From Pseudovirgaria hyperparasitica (lineage: Eukaryota), in NCBI GenBank assembly GCA_010093815.1, contig ML996574.1: 64,000 nucleotides of DNA. One strand, given 5' to 3'. The notes beneath the pieces are model-generated. The model saw only the letters and a program-made list of their open reading frames with translations. It was not told where the DNA came from and searched no databases. A program made the translations under genes and the position numbers. Within the stretch, counting starts at the first letter, position 1. The number at the start of each line of letters is the position of its first letter. This document shows, one piece after another, positions 1 to 11,140 of the stretch.

Positions 1-2
1 AT

Positions 3-332
3 CTTGAACAGCTGAAAGAGGCTCATGAACAGGCAGAGGACACGCTGCAACAGGAATATCTGCTCAAGCGGGGATCCGAAAACGCCGTACTTGAAAGTTT
101 GCACTCGAAATCAATGTACCGTGTAGAGCAGGCACATACACAGGAACGCAAGCGTCTGACGGACAAGCTGGAGACCCTGCAGGACAAGCTGGAGAGCTTG
201 CAGGACAAGCTGGGGACCCTGCAGGACAAGGCCATGTACCAGTTGCTTCACACTGCTTTCAAGGCACTAGGCCTGACCGTTCTCATGCTTTTCCTCTTTG
301 TTCCCGTTTGCGTGTTTCTATCCCTATACTAA
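3..332 (+). CDS. 3' part of a coiled-coil protein with a C-terminal hydrophobic (tail-anchor-like) segment; 5' end lies outside the window
   Basis: Frame is open from position 3 (LEQLKEAHEQAEDTLQQEY...) to TAA at 330-332. Heptad repeats LQDKLE(T/S); C-terminus ALGLTVLMLFLFVPVCVFLSLY. Confidence 0.55.
   Translation, partial: LEQLKEAHEQAEDTLQQEYLLKRGSENAVLESLHSKSMYRVEQAHTQERKRLTDKLETLQDKLESLQDKLGTLQDKAMYQLLHTAFKALGLTVLMLFLFVPVCVFLSLY
161..230 (+). repeat. 21-bp tandem repeat (about 3.3 copies) encoding a heptad
   Basis: Units resembling ggacaagctggagaccctgca, read directly. Confidence 0.9.
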
Positions 333-1398
333 AGTCTGAGTAGGCTTAGTACTGCTAGGTAGGGCCTGTGTACTCGTATTTGTCTTTACTCATCGTTTGT
401 TTTTATCTTTGTATAGTATTGTCTTTTGACGTAGCTTGTTACACTTAATCTCACGCTACCTTCTTATACGTGAAGACGGACTTCATGAAAGAGGCTGAAA
501 ATCTGAGTGTCGAGCGATGATCGAACGAGCGACTGTAGAAGGACTAGATTGTTGTAAGAGAGTCAACATGTAACATGTTCAGTTATCCAAAGCTTGAGGA
601 TTAGCAGGCGAACGCAGCAAAGTTCAAGTCCAGGTATAACCTCAGGGGACGGCAGAACAGGTGTCCCCTTGCGTGGCCCGAGTAGGCTTCCAGCCGTAAG
701 TCCCGAGTCTAGGGCATTATGCCCCTTGCTCGTAGGCGTTATATTACCTTTCCATCTAGATCTTAACGCAGTTGTCTGGTCTGGTGAGTACCGACCATCC
801 TTCACGTCGTCCGCTGCTGTACGAAGCGCTTATTGATCTGGTACAGTGAGATCTAAATAAGATTATCCAAGGCCATGTGCCGAGCGTTCGGAACACATTC
901 CTTAGTGTTCATCCAAGGATCGGCATTAGTTGCTCCGGCCCGGCTTACCCTACGGTTACACTGCATACACATCGGGCCGCACTCACGGCTCCATCCCTTA
1001 GCGTTAGTTCTCATCACTCATCATCATACATTGATCTTTTTTTGTATCTTACGTTATTATCTGCCCAGCTCTTTCTCCAACTCCACGATGAAGAGACGAA
1101 GTTTGCTGTCCTGGTACAGTAGATGTGGGACGGGAGTCTTTACTGGATATAGCTAGCGTTCCGAGGTGCCGAGGCATCTGAGCTGGGAGCGGCTCAATTG
1201 TTGCTCCGACTCCTTGACACATTCTTCTCCTGATTTGTATTGTAAAAGCATCTTTTCGTCCGCTATGCATCGGGTCGGTGGATAGTTTCCCTTCAGAAGT
1301 TCTTTTATATAGACTTGCGCTCATTTCTCAACTGTCATATCATATACATTCTACATTACACAAACAGGAGGACATCTCTTTCCTTTTCATTCGCCATC

Positions 1399-2856
1399 AT
1401 GTCGTCTCTATCTTCCCCTCTAACGCTTCCGAGCGGTCTCGTACTTCCAAACCGGCTGTCCAAGGTATGTTACAGGTTGCTGAGCATGCACCTTACATCG
1501 TCTAACATCTCCAGGCCGCCATGGCCGAAGACCTCGCCGAATCGGGCGCCCACCCAGGTACCGCCCTCAACACCGTGTACAACAAATGGGCGACCGGAAA
1601 CTGGGGCATGCTCCTGACCGGAAACGTAATGGTCGACAGCTCACACCGGGGCTCCCCAAGCGACGTCGCGCTCCCATCCTCAATCGCCACCTCGAGCCCC
1701 TCCGCGCCCTCTGATCGCGCCACTGCCCTCGCACTCTGGACCGCCTGGGCAAACGCAATCCAATCCAATGGCACGCCCGCAGTCATGCAAGTCAACCACC
1801 CGGGCCGCCAATGTCCACGCAACCTACGCAAAGGCGCCGCCCTCGCTCCGTCCGCGATCCCGCTACAGCTCGGCACGGGGCTGTTCGCGCGCTTCATCAG
1901 CTGGGTTGTGTTCGGGTCGCCACGCGAGATGTCCAAAGATGACATCCAGCACGTGGTAGCCGAGTTTGCGGAGACGGCGAGGCTGGCGAGTGACGCGGGG
2001 TTCAAGGGTGTGGAACTGCATGCCGCGCACGGCTACCTCCTTGCGCAGTTTCTCAGCGAGAGGAGTAATCAGCGTACAGACGAGTATGGCGGCAGCGCGG
2101 TGAATCGGGCGCGGTTGCTGCGTGAGGTCGTAGCAGCAGTGCGCAGCGCCGTGCCGAAGGAATTCGCCGTGGGTATCAAACTGAACAGCGTGGACTTCCA
2201 AGCAAAAAGCGGTCTCTCGGACGTATTAGCACAGATCGGGAGCATCGTCGACGCAGGGGGCGTAGACTTCCTAGAAATCAGCGGCGGCACCTACGAGAAT
2301 CCCGAGGTATGGTTATTATGCCCCTGACCAACAGCTCTCCACCATACTATGAGAAGAGTGCATTGGAAGAGATTATCAGAAAAAAAGATTTAACGTCAAA
2401 CAGATGGCCGGCCCCGAATACTCAGATAAGCCCAGCGAGTCCGAGAAATCCGCGCTCAAGCAATCGCCCACTACCCAACTCCCCGTCAGCTCACGCACCG
2501 CCGCTCGCGAGGCCTTCTTCATCGACTTTGCACGCGACGTCCGTGCCGCCTATCCCTCGCTTCCGCTCATGGTGACTGGGGGCTTCCGCACACGTGCCGG
2601 GATGGCTGCTGCGTTGGAGAGCAATGCGTGCGACATCGTGGGCGTTGGACGGCCGGCGTGTGTGACGCCGGAGCTGCCGCGGGAGATCGTTTTTAACGAA
2701 GGTGTTGGCGATGAGAAGGCCGTGTTGCCGATGAAGGAAGTGCGTGTGCCGTGGGTGGCGCAGATGCTGGTGAGGTGGGTCGGAAAAGGAGTGGGAGCGG
2801 GGATCATGACAAAGGCATATCAGGATAGCATTAAGGCGTTGGTCAAGGCTGCGTAG
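1399..2856 (+). CDS. NADH:flavin oxidoreductase (old yellow enzyme family); exons 1399-1464, 1515-2306, 2404-2856
   Basis: Spliced product MSSLSSPLTLPSGLVLPNRLSK|AAMAE. Motifs QVNHPGRQ, GFKGVELHAAHGYLLAQFLS, NQRTDEYGGS, EISGGTYE, MVTGGFRT, GVGRP. GT-AG introns at 1465-1514 and 2307-2403. Confidence 0.93.
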
Positions 2857-3725
2857 GACGCGATAAAATGGTATGGTGGAACTAATTTTTGGAGCTGGGA
2901 TGTATTGTAGAGGATAGATTTGTGTGTTGCTGCTTGTAAGATATCACATAAATACCCCTGAGTTTTCGTAATTCATTCCACCCTCACGACTTTAACGCAG
3001 GGATGTAAGAACAGTGGTCTGTGTTATTTGCTGAATAGAGTCATTCATTTCCTGTTTTAGTCTACATCTATCTATGATCTTCATATGTGGTCACTAGCGA
3101 CGAGGGTATCTGCCGCTCTGCTACTACCAGGTCAAATCTACCAATCCACCCTCATACCTACCTACCCTTTAGAATTCTATTAAAAGACACTTTGACCCAC
3201 TTCGTCACTCACCCAAGTCTCTCCCCCGATTGCAGCGTAGAAATTAAACAAAAGTCCAATTCAGACACCATGGTTACACAGACAATCAGCCTCAACCCAC
3301 AAATCAAGCGTCCAATGCAGAAAATTATATTGAAGCAAACAACATCCGAATATTGTCCCCCCCTGTAAATTATACCCAAAACCCAACAACAAAGCCTAAT
3401 ATGTACCACAACTCAGCATCCGAGGCAAGGATATCCCATGCCCAAAGAAGATCGCACCTATATACTTCAGATGTCAACATTACATTACATCCCTCCACAT
3501 CCCTGCCCACGCAGTTCGAGCAGAAACACAAAAACACAAAAACAAACGAACCCTAGCACCATACAATCCAATCATTCTACAACTACAACAACAACAAGCC
3601 TACCGGCCGTGCTTTTCCACCATCACAATCAAAAATTCTCCATTCTTGTACCACCATCTCCCACTTCCCCGCTTTGCTCCGTATAACACACTGCATATGC
3701 GCTACGTCAGGACATATAATTACAT

Positions 3726-3733
3726 CTATATAA
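3726..3733 (+). promoter_or_regulatory. TATA box of the small secreted protein gene
   Basis: ctatataa(a) followed by a CT-rich initiator region. A probable 5'UTR intron lies at 3844-3950 (GTATCT...ACTAAC...CAG). Confidence 0.5.
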
Positions 3734-3960
3734 ACCCCTCTCCCTCTCCGCCCCTTCTCCCTCTCTCCGCCCTTTTTTTCTCCAACTCTACTTACTCTCT
3801 CACCCACATCACGCAACCTTGATCTCTAAACCCACACCACTCGGTATCTCACCTCCAAATCCTCACGCCACAGAGCACAACCCCCCCCCCGAAAAAAAGT
3901 AAACACCCCCTTCCTCCCTCTCCATAGCCCAGACTAACAAGATTCCTCAGACGCTCAAAA

Positions 3961-4188
3961 ATGCATCTCACAATCCCCACCCTCACCACTCTCGTGACCC
4001 TCGCCACTCTTACAGCAGCTGGCCCCATTGGCTACGCCGGCTGTCAATCCGGCTGTGCCGTCGTTGCAAAGGCGTGTTTCGCAGCTGCGTTCACGCCTTG
4101 GGGCGTATTCACGACTGTGGGTTGTATGCCGGCGTATGGGGTCTGTCAGGCGACGTGTGCGGCTGTGCTTGTTGCGCCGACGCCTTAG
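3961..4188 (+). CDS. Small secreted cysteine-rich protein (75 aa), resembling the fungal GPxxYxxCQxGC...CQAxC...APTP family often annotated zygote-specific protein
   Basis: Signal-peptide-like N-terminus ending ATLTAA|GP, six Cys, two internal YxxCQxxCAxV units, good start context (caaaaATG). Confidence 0.85.
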   Translation: MHLTIPTLTTLVTLATLTAAGPIGYAGCQSGCAVVAKACFAAAFTPWGVFTTVGCMPAYGVCQATCAAVLVAPTP

Positions 4189-4591
4189 GGATGGGATGGG
4201 ATGGGATGGACTATACTGGGTTGAGTGAACATGGGGGAGGAAGGTGCGGACAGGAAGTTAAGGGAGGATGTTGACTTGAGAGCGGTACTGAGATAGGGAT
4301 GTCCCATGGATCTATTGGGACTCGTGTTAAGTGTGCCATAACGAGACGATGCCGATAGAATCGTTGAAAATATAACTCAATGGCATGTCATGTCCCATTC
4401 CGTGCATCAAAGCTGAATACCCAAAAACCGCGGTGTCTTATTCAGCTTCCAGCCTCATTATACACCCGTCTGACTGTGGTCTTACGCAATATGTAGCTTC
4501 AATACTATTATCAATTATTTGTAAGTAAAAACTGATAAGTCAGCGAAGGACACTGTATCCTGAGTCAATCTTTTCCTGCACCCTCCACATA

Positions 4592-6268
4592 TCAATTCTC
4601 AAACACTGCCTTGTATGCAACAGGGTCATGTCCCAGTAGCTCCAACTCAATCGGGCCCATCTTGTCTTCATACATGACTTTACCCTGGGCGGCCGTGTCT
4701 TTGCCCTGATACACCCATCTGATATGACCAGACGCAGGTGCCAGGCCGTTGGTCCGGCCATCAGTCGCTCCGTCGGTATGACCATTAGTATGGCTGCTTC
4801 CATTACTGGTTCCATTGCTGGCTCCATTCGTGCCATTCACGTTCGGGTCGATTGCAGGTTCGGTCTTCACTTCTCCATGATCTCGATTCTCATTGCGCAG
4901 CACCCATTCAGACAAACCAGCAGGAGCATATCTCCCCTTGTCCTCCCAGCCCTTCCCACCAAGATCGATACGCACTCTCACGGAGGCGTGCACGTACTCG
5001 TTCGTATTCTCCAGGGGCTCCTTGTATTTCGTACCCTTGAACGGATCTTCCCCATGGAAAATGTGGGGAGTGCGATTCTTTTTGCCTCCCAAACTGGTCG
5101 GAAACTTGCAGCTCTGGTAAATCTTGCCCAACGCCCACCCACGCTTCTCTTTCAGACCCTGAGATTGGACAAGGGCGTCGAATTGGTCGTTGGCACGGAC
5201 TTGAGTTGAAATGTAGCCTGGTTTGAAATCGATCCATGGCGAAAGCTGGTCCATCATCCAGGCAAGGGTGATGTCTGCCATAGCTGTATCATCATAGGAA
5301 CCCCCGACGTTTGAGTGCACACCGGGGAACCAGACTTGCTTCAGATTTGTGTTGTTTCCGGGAGGGTTGGACCACATTGTTGGAGCATAGGCGGCGCGTT
5401 GCTCATCGAGAGCGAGCGCATGGAAGGCATTATGGATATAGCTGTCGATACTAGTGTCGGTAAACTTGTATTCTTTCACAAAGTCAGGAAAGCCGACTTT
5501 CTGTAAGAGAGGAGTCGTAGGGATGCCAAGTGCACCGACCGTATCCCACACGCCGATTGCAGTGATATCGACTTCTTGCGTCAGTTTCCTCTGTCACAAG
5601 TCAGCTTCGAGAGTGGTCTGCGGACAATGTTGGAGGAGACTGACCTCAAGCAGCGCAGTTCGGTACGCGTCGATGTACTCTGCTCCTTGATCTGCCACGG
5701 CTTTGAGCTCAAAACCTGTGATAAACTTCATTGCAGATGGTTTATATCCTTTCACACCAGCATGCTCCCAATCGAGGAATATGTCATAAAAGTACGGCAG
5801 TGCCTCCTTCTCCAAGAGACCGAACCCCCCAATCAAGCCGGCGATGCTCCTTGCCGTGAATGCTCCTCGAGAGAAGCCCACGAGGAATATTTCATCGCCA
5901 TCAGTGTAGTTATGGGCAAGGAAACTATAGGCTTCGCGGACGTTCTCGGAGAGACCAGCGCCAGTTGAACCACCAAGAACCTGCTCGCTCAACGCCATGC
6001 CCGTGCCAACACCGGCTTGATAGTAGACGATCTGCGGATGACCTTTCGAATCTTCTGCTAGAACGGCATGTCCGATTCTGGTAACATTTGACGGAACCTG
6101 TCGCTTCTCGCCCGCGTCACTGCTCTATGAGAAGTCAGCATGTAGCATACGATACGCATCTTCGAAGCCCATCACCATCCATGTTCCATCACAGCAAATA
6201 ATCAATTTCTTGGGTTTCCGAATCTTTGAATGGCCCATGTTGATGGCTGAATCGGCTAGATTCGCCAT
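4592..6268 (-). CDS. DUF2235 / Tle1-like alpha/beta hydrolase; exons about 6268-6176, 6124-5645, 5590-4592 (alternative start 6238)
   Basis: KKLIICCDGTW, PSNVTRI, YYQAGVGT, GFSRGAFTAR (nucleophile Ser), GVWDTVGALG (Asp), HALALDEQR, QVWFPGVHSNVGG (His). Confidence 0.92.
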
Positions 6269-7818
6269 TGTAGAAGACTCAGAGATATTTTCTACACTTT
6301 TCAAGAGCCAAGCATCCGTCAACTCTTTTCTTTCCCCTCAGGAAGAGGCTGCACAGATGTCTGATATGTAATTCCCTGCTTAAGGCTCGAGGTAATGCGA
6401 TACAAGTGTTGCAATCTCACGATATCAATTGAATGCCTTCTTCCAGGCAACACTGACACACCGAGAGCGTCAGCACGAACAAATGGCCCCTCTATCCCGG
6501 ATTCGCAGTCTTTAAAGCGGCCAGCAGCAGGGGAGGGACAAAGCCTATGCACGAGCTTGGGAACACACAAAGCTTGCGCCGTTCATACGCCACAAAAACT
6601 TTCGCCTAGCTTTTTCTTTTTCCTCAGCTGAATGTGCAATGTCGAGCACTACCCGATTGGGACTCGCGGCTGGTAATCCAAGTCAGCATCAGCATCGTAC
6701 AGCGGTCTGTAATTACGGTGGAGGCGTCCTCTCCTTCAGCTGAAAGGCTCCCATGCTCTCTGCTTATACCTTTGTGGCCACTCACAGTAAGCTTCTGTCC
6801 TCGGACCCTACTGGGGTGACCTAAACGCCCGGTAGCCTTTCCCAGGTCTTGTAGGGACTGTGTTTAGATGTGTCTGTCCGATGGTACAGCGGGGTGCAGC
6901 TCGTGTATATGCACTGGCTGTTAAGCGAACCCGGGACTAGAAGTCTTTGTCTTGTTCTCTCTTTTGGTCTTTGCTTCAATCAGTAGTATGGGACTCGCCA
7001 TTCAGAACTAGTCTGGTTCGATATTGCGGTCCAGTTTCCACTCAACTCGAAAGGCATTGGAGAGAAAGTGCGAGGACGATACCAGCGAGAGCTTCATGCA
7101 AGGCTGCAGGCGTAATTCACCTGGTACCGTGGCGCTCTCTGTGTCCGGTAGAGAAGCAGCCACGACTTGGCTGCACAACCTCATCGACGCCATCGACTAC
7201 GGATCTGCATTGGTGCAACCTTCTTCGTTGGGCAGTATGCGAACATGCGATCGCTGATAAACAAAGGAGTGAAAACAATGATGAGTTGTGAACAAAGGGC
7301 ATGTTGACATTTAGCTTGCAGACTACCACTTGCCGAGCAGGGTCGGCTCGCTAGGGTACCATACTCCATCGCTGGTAGATTGCTACATATCACCCTACAG
7401 GCGGAATATCTTCCATACTTGTTACTCTTCCTAATAAGTGCCTCTGTCATTGGCTATATAGGATGAATGCACGCCCACCTGTATTTAATCTTCACTTGGA
7501 CTGAGCAGGCTTATTCTAGAGCGATGTATAGCTCATCTCTTCATAATACACCGGTAGATTTGTGACTGCCTTCGTAGAGCCTTAGTATTGAACCTCCAGC
7601 CAGTATATATGTCCTCGGTCCAACAGCTAATAGAGTGTACTTCATGAACCCGTATACAAGATCATAGTGTACATACTGGGTAGGACGGAAGTTCCGTGTC
7701 TTACTCCGCACATCATCGGCTATTCCGACCATCAAACCAGAACATCTTGATATATAGCAATGCCTATGTCTGATTATATTATTATGCCACCGTTTCCCTA
7801 GACACGGCTTCCATCACC

Positions 7819-8865
7819 ATGCACATCCTGGGCCTTGCAAACGGCACCCCGGCTGGAAACTCTGAGATACTCCTTAAGGCAGCCCTGTCTGCCGCAACCC
7901 AAGCCAGAGAGTCCATCTCGGCATCATGGATCCATCTGCCCTCTCTATCCATTCCTCTTGACGGCGGGCCCCTTCCCGGCGCTCAGGACATATCTCTCGG
8001 CGCCAATGCCTCGCTCAAATCATCCACAACCACCAAAGACCCCGCAGCGGATGATCGTCGAGCACTCCTCGACGCAATCCTCGATGCTGACGCCCTGATC
8101 TTCTCCACCCCGGTCTACAGCCACACCCCGCGCGGATCATTGAAAGCCATATTCGACACCATTGTAGGTCCATCCACAGATGCTGTATTCGCCGCCCGCT
8201 GTCTTGAACGACAGAAAGCCGGCGATCCGCGATTCGAAGACGTGCAAATTGACGGGAGACTATTCAAGCCGCGCGTGGTAGGCTTTATATGCTCAGCAGG
8301 CTCAACGACGCCAGACCAAGTCAGCCTAGCGCTGCCAACGCTGCATTTGTGTGTGTATAGCTTCCATGCCAAGGTTGTTGATCAGATGGTTGTGTATGGA
8401 GTAGGAGCGCCAGGATTTGTTGTTGCGAAGGTTGGGGGTGCTGAGCTATGTAGGGCGGAAGAGCTGGGGCGTAACATCGCGAGCGAGATTGGGAAAGGGT
8501 TCGACGAGGCGAGATATCTGGGGCCGAAAAGTCGAGGGGCATGTCTGTATTGCCATTTGAGTACGATTGAGGTGCTGGATACAGGGGAGAATGAGATTAT
8601 GTGCGCGACATGTGGAGCGCAGGGGAAGTTGGCCGTTGGAATAGATGGAGTGATTGGACCGATGTGGAAGGAGGATGACCAGGTGTCTTGTATCACGAGA
8701 GACGGGAAGCTTCATCACTTGGACGATATCGAGGCTGGTGCAAGTCTCATCAAGCCGCAGCTTGGAGATTCGACGTTTAGAGACGAGGTGCGAAGATGGG
8801 TTGATGTTGACTTTCCTGTCGTGGGAGTTCCAAGTCAACAAAGAAGGACGGAAAGTGTAGCGTGA
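7819..8865 (+). CDS. Flavodoxin-fold NAD(P)H-dependent FMN reductase-like protein with a C-terminal CxxC-x16-CxxC module; intronless
   Basis: MHILGLANGTPAGNSEILL (FMN phosphate loop), ADALIFSTPVY, KPRVVGFI; CLYC...CATC. Confidence 0.85.
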   Translation: MHILGLANGTPAGNSEILLKAALSAATQARESISASWIHLPSLSIPLDGGPLPGAQDISLGANASLKSSTTTKDPAADDRRALLDAILDADALIFSTPVYSHTPRGSLKAIFDTIVGPSTDAVFAARCLERQKAGDPRFEDVQIDGRLFKPRVVGFICSAGSTTPDQVSLALPTLHLCVYSFHAKVVDQMVVYGVGAPGFVVAKVGGAELCRAEELGRNIASEIGKGFDEARYLGPKSRGACLYCHLSTIEVLDTGENEIMCATCGAQGKLAVGIDGVIGPMWKEDDQVSCITRDGKLHHLDDIEAGASLIKPQLGDSTFRDEVRRWVDVDFPVVGVPSQQRRTESVA

Positions 8866-8994
8866 GGACCTGTAGCTAGTACATCAGTCGTTTTTGGTTT
8901 TCATGTCATGTTGTTGGACTCATGCATGCGGTGCATGAACATCCATCATGTCCAATGTGTCTGGCACGTAGACCCGAATGCCTGGAGATGTCTG

Positions 8995-10359
8995 CTATCC
9001 ACCAGCAATTACAGGCCCACCGCCAATCTTGCCGCTCAAGTTTTCATAGTAAGTGCCGTCCATACCAGCGATTTCTCTCGCCTCTCGGTTAAACGGCCCT
9101 TTGAGTGCGCCCTTGAAGTGCTCCATCACATTACTTCTGAAAACCTTCACCGGATCCGTCCCCTCCTGCTCACAGATCCAACTAAGCCAGCGGTGGCCAG
9201 TTGTCACATGCGTAATCTCATCATTATGAATGACGTCCAAAACTTCCACGCTCTCCGGATCACCACCTTTTCGAAACTTCTCGATCGTCAATGGATTAAT
9301 ATCAAGGCCTCGTGCCTCGTGCACCAAAGCGATAATACTGATCCTCGCTCGAAGATCATGTGCCGTTGCCGTTGCGCTCTCCCACAACCCGTGATGCACC
9401 GGCAACGCACCGAACGAGCTGCCCATTTCCTCCAACCTAGCTCGCAGCAACGAGAAGTGCTTGGCCTCGTCGTTTGCCACCTTCAACCAGTCATAGTAGA
9501 ACGTCCTTGGTAGCGCTTGCGGAGTAGTGGCCTCAGTCTGGAAGCTGGCAAAGCGCACGCAGATGTCGAGCGCAAGATCGATCGCCCATTGCTCAATGTT
9601 CGCAAGCGCGTGCAGTATCGTTATGCGGCTCTTGAGCGTACCGCCTTTGCCGGGGTTGGGCATCTCCCAGGGCTTGACGGCGGTGAGATTGGCGCGTGGA
9701 GGCTCGGATGGGGGTGTTATGCCTGCGCCAAGAGGCATGGGGTGCGGCGTCGATTCGCGAGTTGCAAAGTTGGAGAAAAGTGTCGTAGTGAGTTCAATCT
9801 TGCGTTCTGGGTCGGGTGTATTGAGGATGTGGACGCACCAGTCGCATAATGTGGCATCGGATCCATGGTCTGAATGTGTTCCTGTTGATATTGATGGTAG
9901 TTGCTCTGGTTTAGATCGAGGGCCATGTTTAAACTTGACTTGTTCGCTGACAGGAACAATGCTTGAGAGCGAGACATCTGTTGCATGATTGAAGTCTAGT
10001 GTAATCTCGTTGTCTTTTACGAAGACGGGGAAAGTGCATGCCTTTATGCCGTAGCTTGATTTCCCATTCTCGACATTAAAATCATAGGCGTGCCATGGGC
10101 ATGAAGCTATGTATGAAGAGTCCTCAATGTCGATATGTGCTGACTGCATTGGTCCACCGGCGTGTGGGCATTCTGCTTCCATAGCATAATACGACCATCC
10201 ACCGACAGAGGAAGAGATCTTGGACACTTTTCCATCCTTCTTGCCATCAGACGGTAGTGTTGGAAGACGAAACAAAACAAGTCTCTTGCCTGAAGATAGA
10301 TTAATCACATAACGACTATGCGTTAGATTATAGTGGTTTCCTAAAGGCAAAAGGGGCAT
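8995..10359 (-). CDS. Rieske [2Fe-2S] domain fused to a ferritin-like DUF455 diiron domain; intronless
   Basis: CPH...CPWH Rieske ligands. HALANIEQWAIDL, DEAKH, HEARGLD and DEITH give the carboxylate/His diiron pattern; LKGPFN. Confidence 0.92.
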   Translation of the reverse strand: MPLLPLGNHYNLTHSRYVINLSSGKRLVLFRLPTLPSDGKKDGKVSKISSSVGGWSYYAMEAECPHAGGPMQSAHIDIEDSSYIASCPWHAYDFNVENGKSSYGIKACTFPVFVKDNEITLDFNHATDVSLSSIVPVSEQVKFKHGPRSKPEQLPSISTGTHSDHGSDATLCDWCVHILNTPDPERKIELTTTLFSNFATRESTPHPMPLGAGITPPSEPPRANLTAVKPWEMPNPGKGGTLKSRITILHALANIEQWAIDLALDICVRFASFQTEATTPQALPRTFYYDWLKVANDEAKHFSLLRARLEEMGSSFGALPVHHGLWESATATAHDLRARISIIALVHEARGLDINPLTIEKFRKGGDPESVEVLDVIHNDEITHVTTGHRWLSWICEQEGTDPVKVFRSNVMEHFKGALKGPFNREAREIAGMDGTYYENLSGKIGGGPVIAGG

Positions 10360-10779
10360 GGCACATGGCCTTGAAGTTGAGAGATGGCGTGTTGGTGGTG
10401 CTACGTGCTTATATATGTGGATCTGCGAAACGTCGCCAGCGTGCTTGCGTGAGAATCGTCAGATAGACCGGTACATGTGATGGCGGACTGGTGAGGAGAT
10501 GAAGTAGAATTTATCAATCGTTCTGATGCCAATGCAAGAACAGTTTCTATAACTCTTTGAGGCGCTAGAAAATATTGTTATCCTCAGGCATCAGCTCATA
10601 CGCTATACCTGATTGGGCCTAACTTGATGCTTAGTAGACTTGGGTAGAAAATGGACTTTTCATGTCTTATTTCGACTTCAGTGTTAACAAGTAGTACATT
10701 ATGCAATGCCTGAGCCTTATTTCTCATGCCACGCTCATGCAACCTATCAATCGTCTTCTATTACGATCGAAGAGGACTT

Positions 10780-11140
10780 CGAGACCAAGATATAAATTGA
10801 ACGTCATCAAGCATATATCAAGACAGACCGCAGCTGCCCAGGCCCAGGGTGCAAACACGTCGTCCACTTGTTGGACAATTTCATTCACAGCGGTCCTAGT
10901 GGACAGAATATGTGTCTTGTACTGGAGTTCATCGCCCACGGTGCTGCAACAACGCTTCCCGAATACGCAGCTTCCGAACCGTATTAACGCTACATCGTCA
11001 AACAGATATTCGACTATCTTGACTGGTTGTATGGTTCCTGTGGCATCAGCAAACACTACGACCCAGATCAAACATGACTAGCCTGATGAAATGCAGATAT
11101 CAAGCCTGATAAAACTTCCATCGAACTTTGAGATGTGATG
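10780..11140 (+). pseudogene. Degenerate SRPK/Sky1-like protein kinase fragment
   Basis: Frameshifted pieces: KHVVHLLDNFIHSGPSGQNMCLVLEFI (from 10853), *RYIVKQIFDYLDWLYGSCGI (from about 10985), DIKPDKTSIEL* (from 11096). Confidence 0.75.

Noticed and set aside
560..1324. Minus-strand intron-like segment 1052-997 (GTAAGA...ACTAAC...TAAG) and short ORFs
   Set aside because: No frame gives a coherent or recognisable protein across the junction. It may be a relic or non-coding transcript, but I cannot support a call.
6947..7450. Overlapping short ORFs; one frame faintly ankyrin-like (FFVGQYANMRSLINKGV)
   Set aside because: Too little similarity and interrupted by stops.
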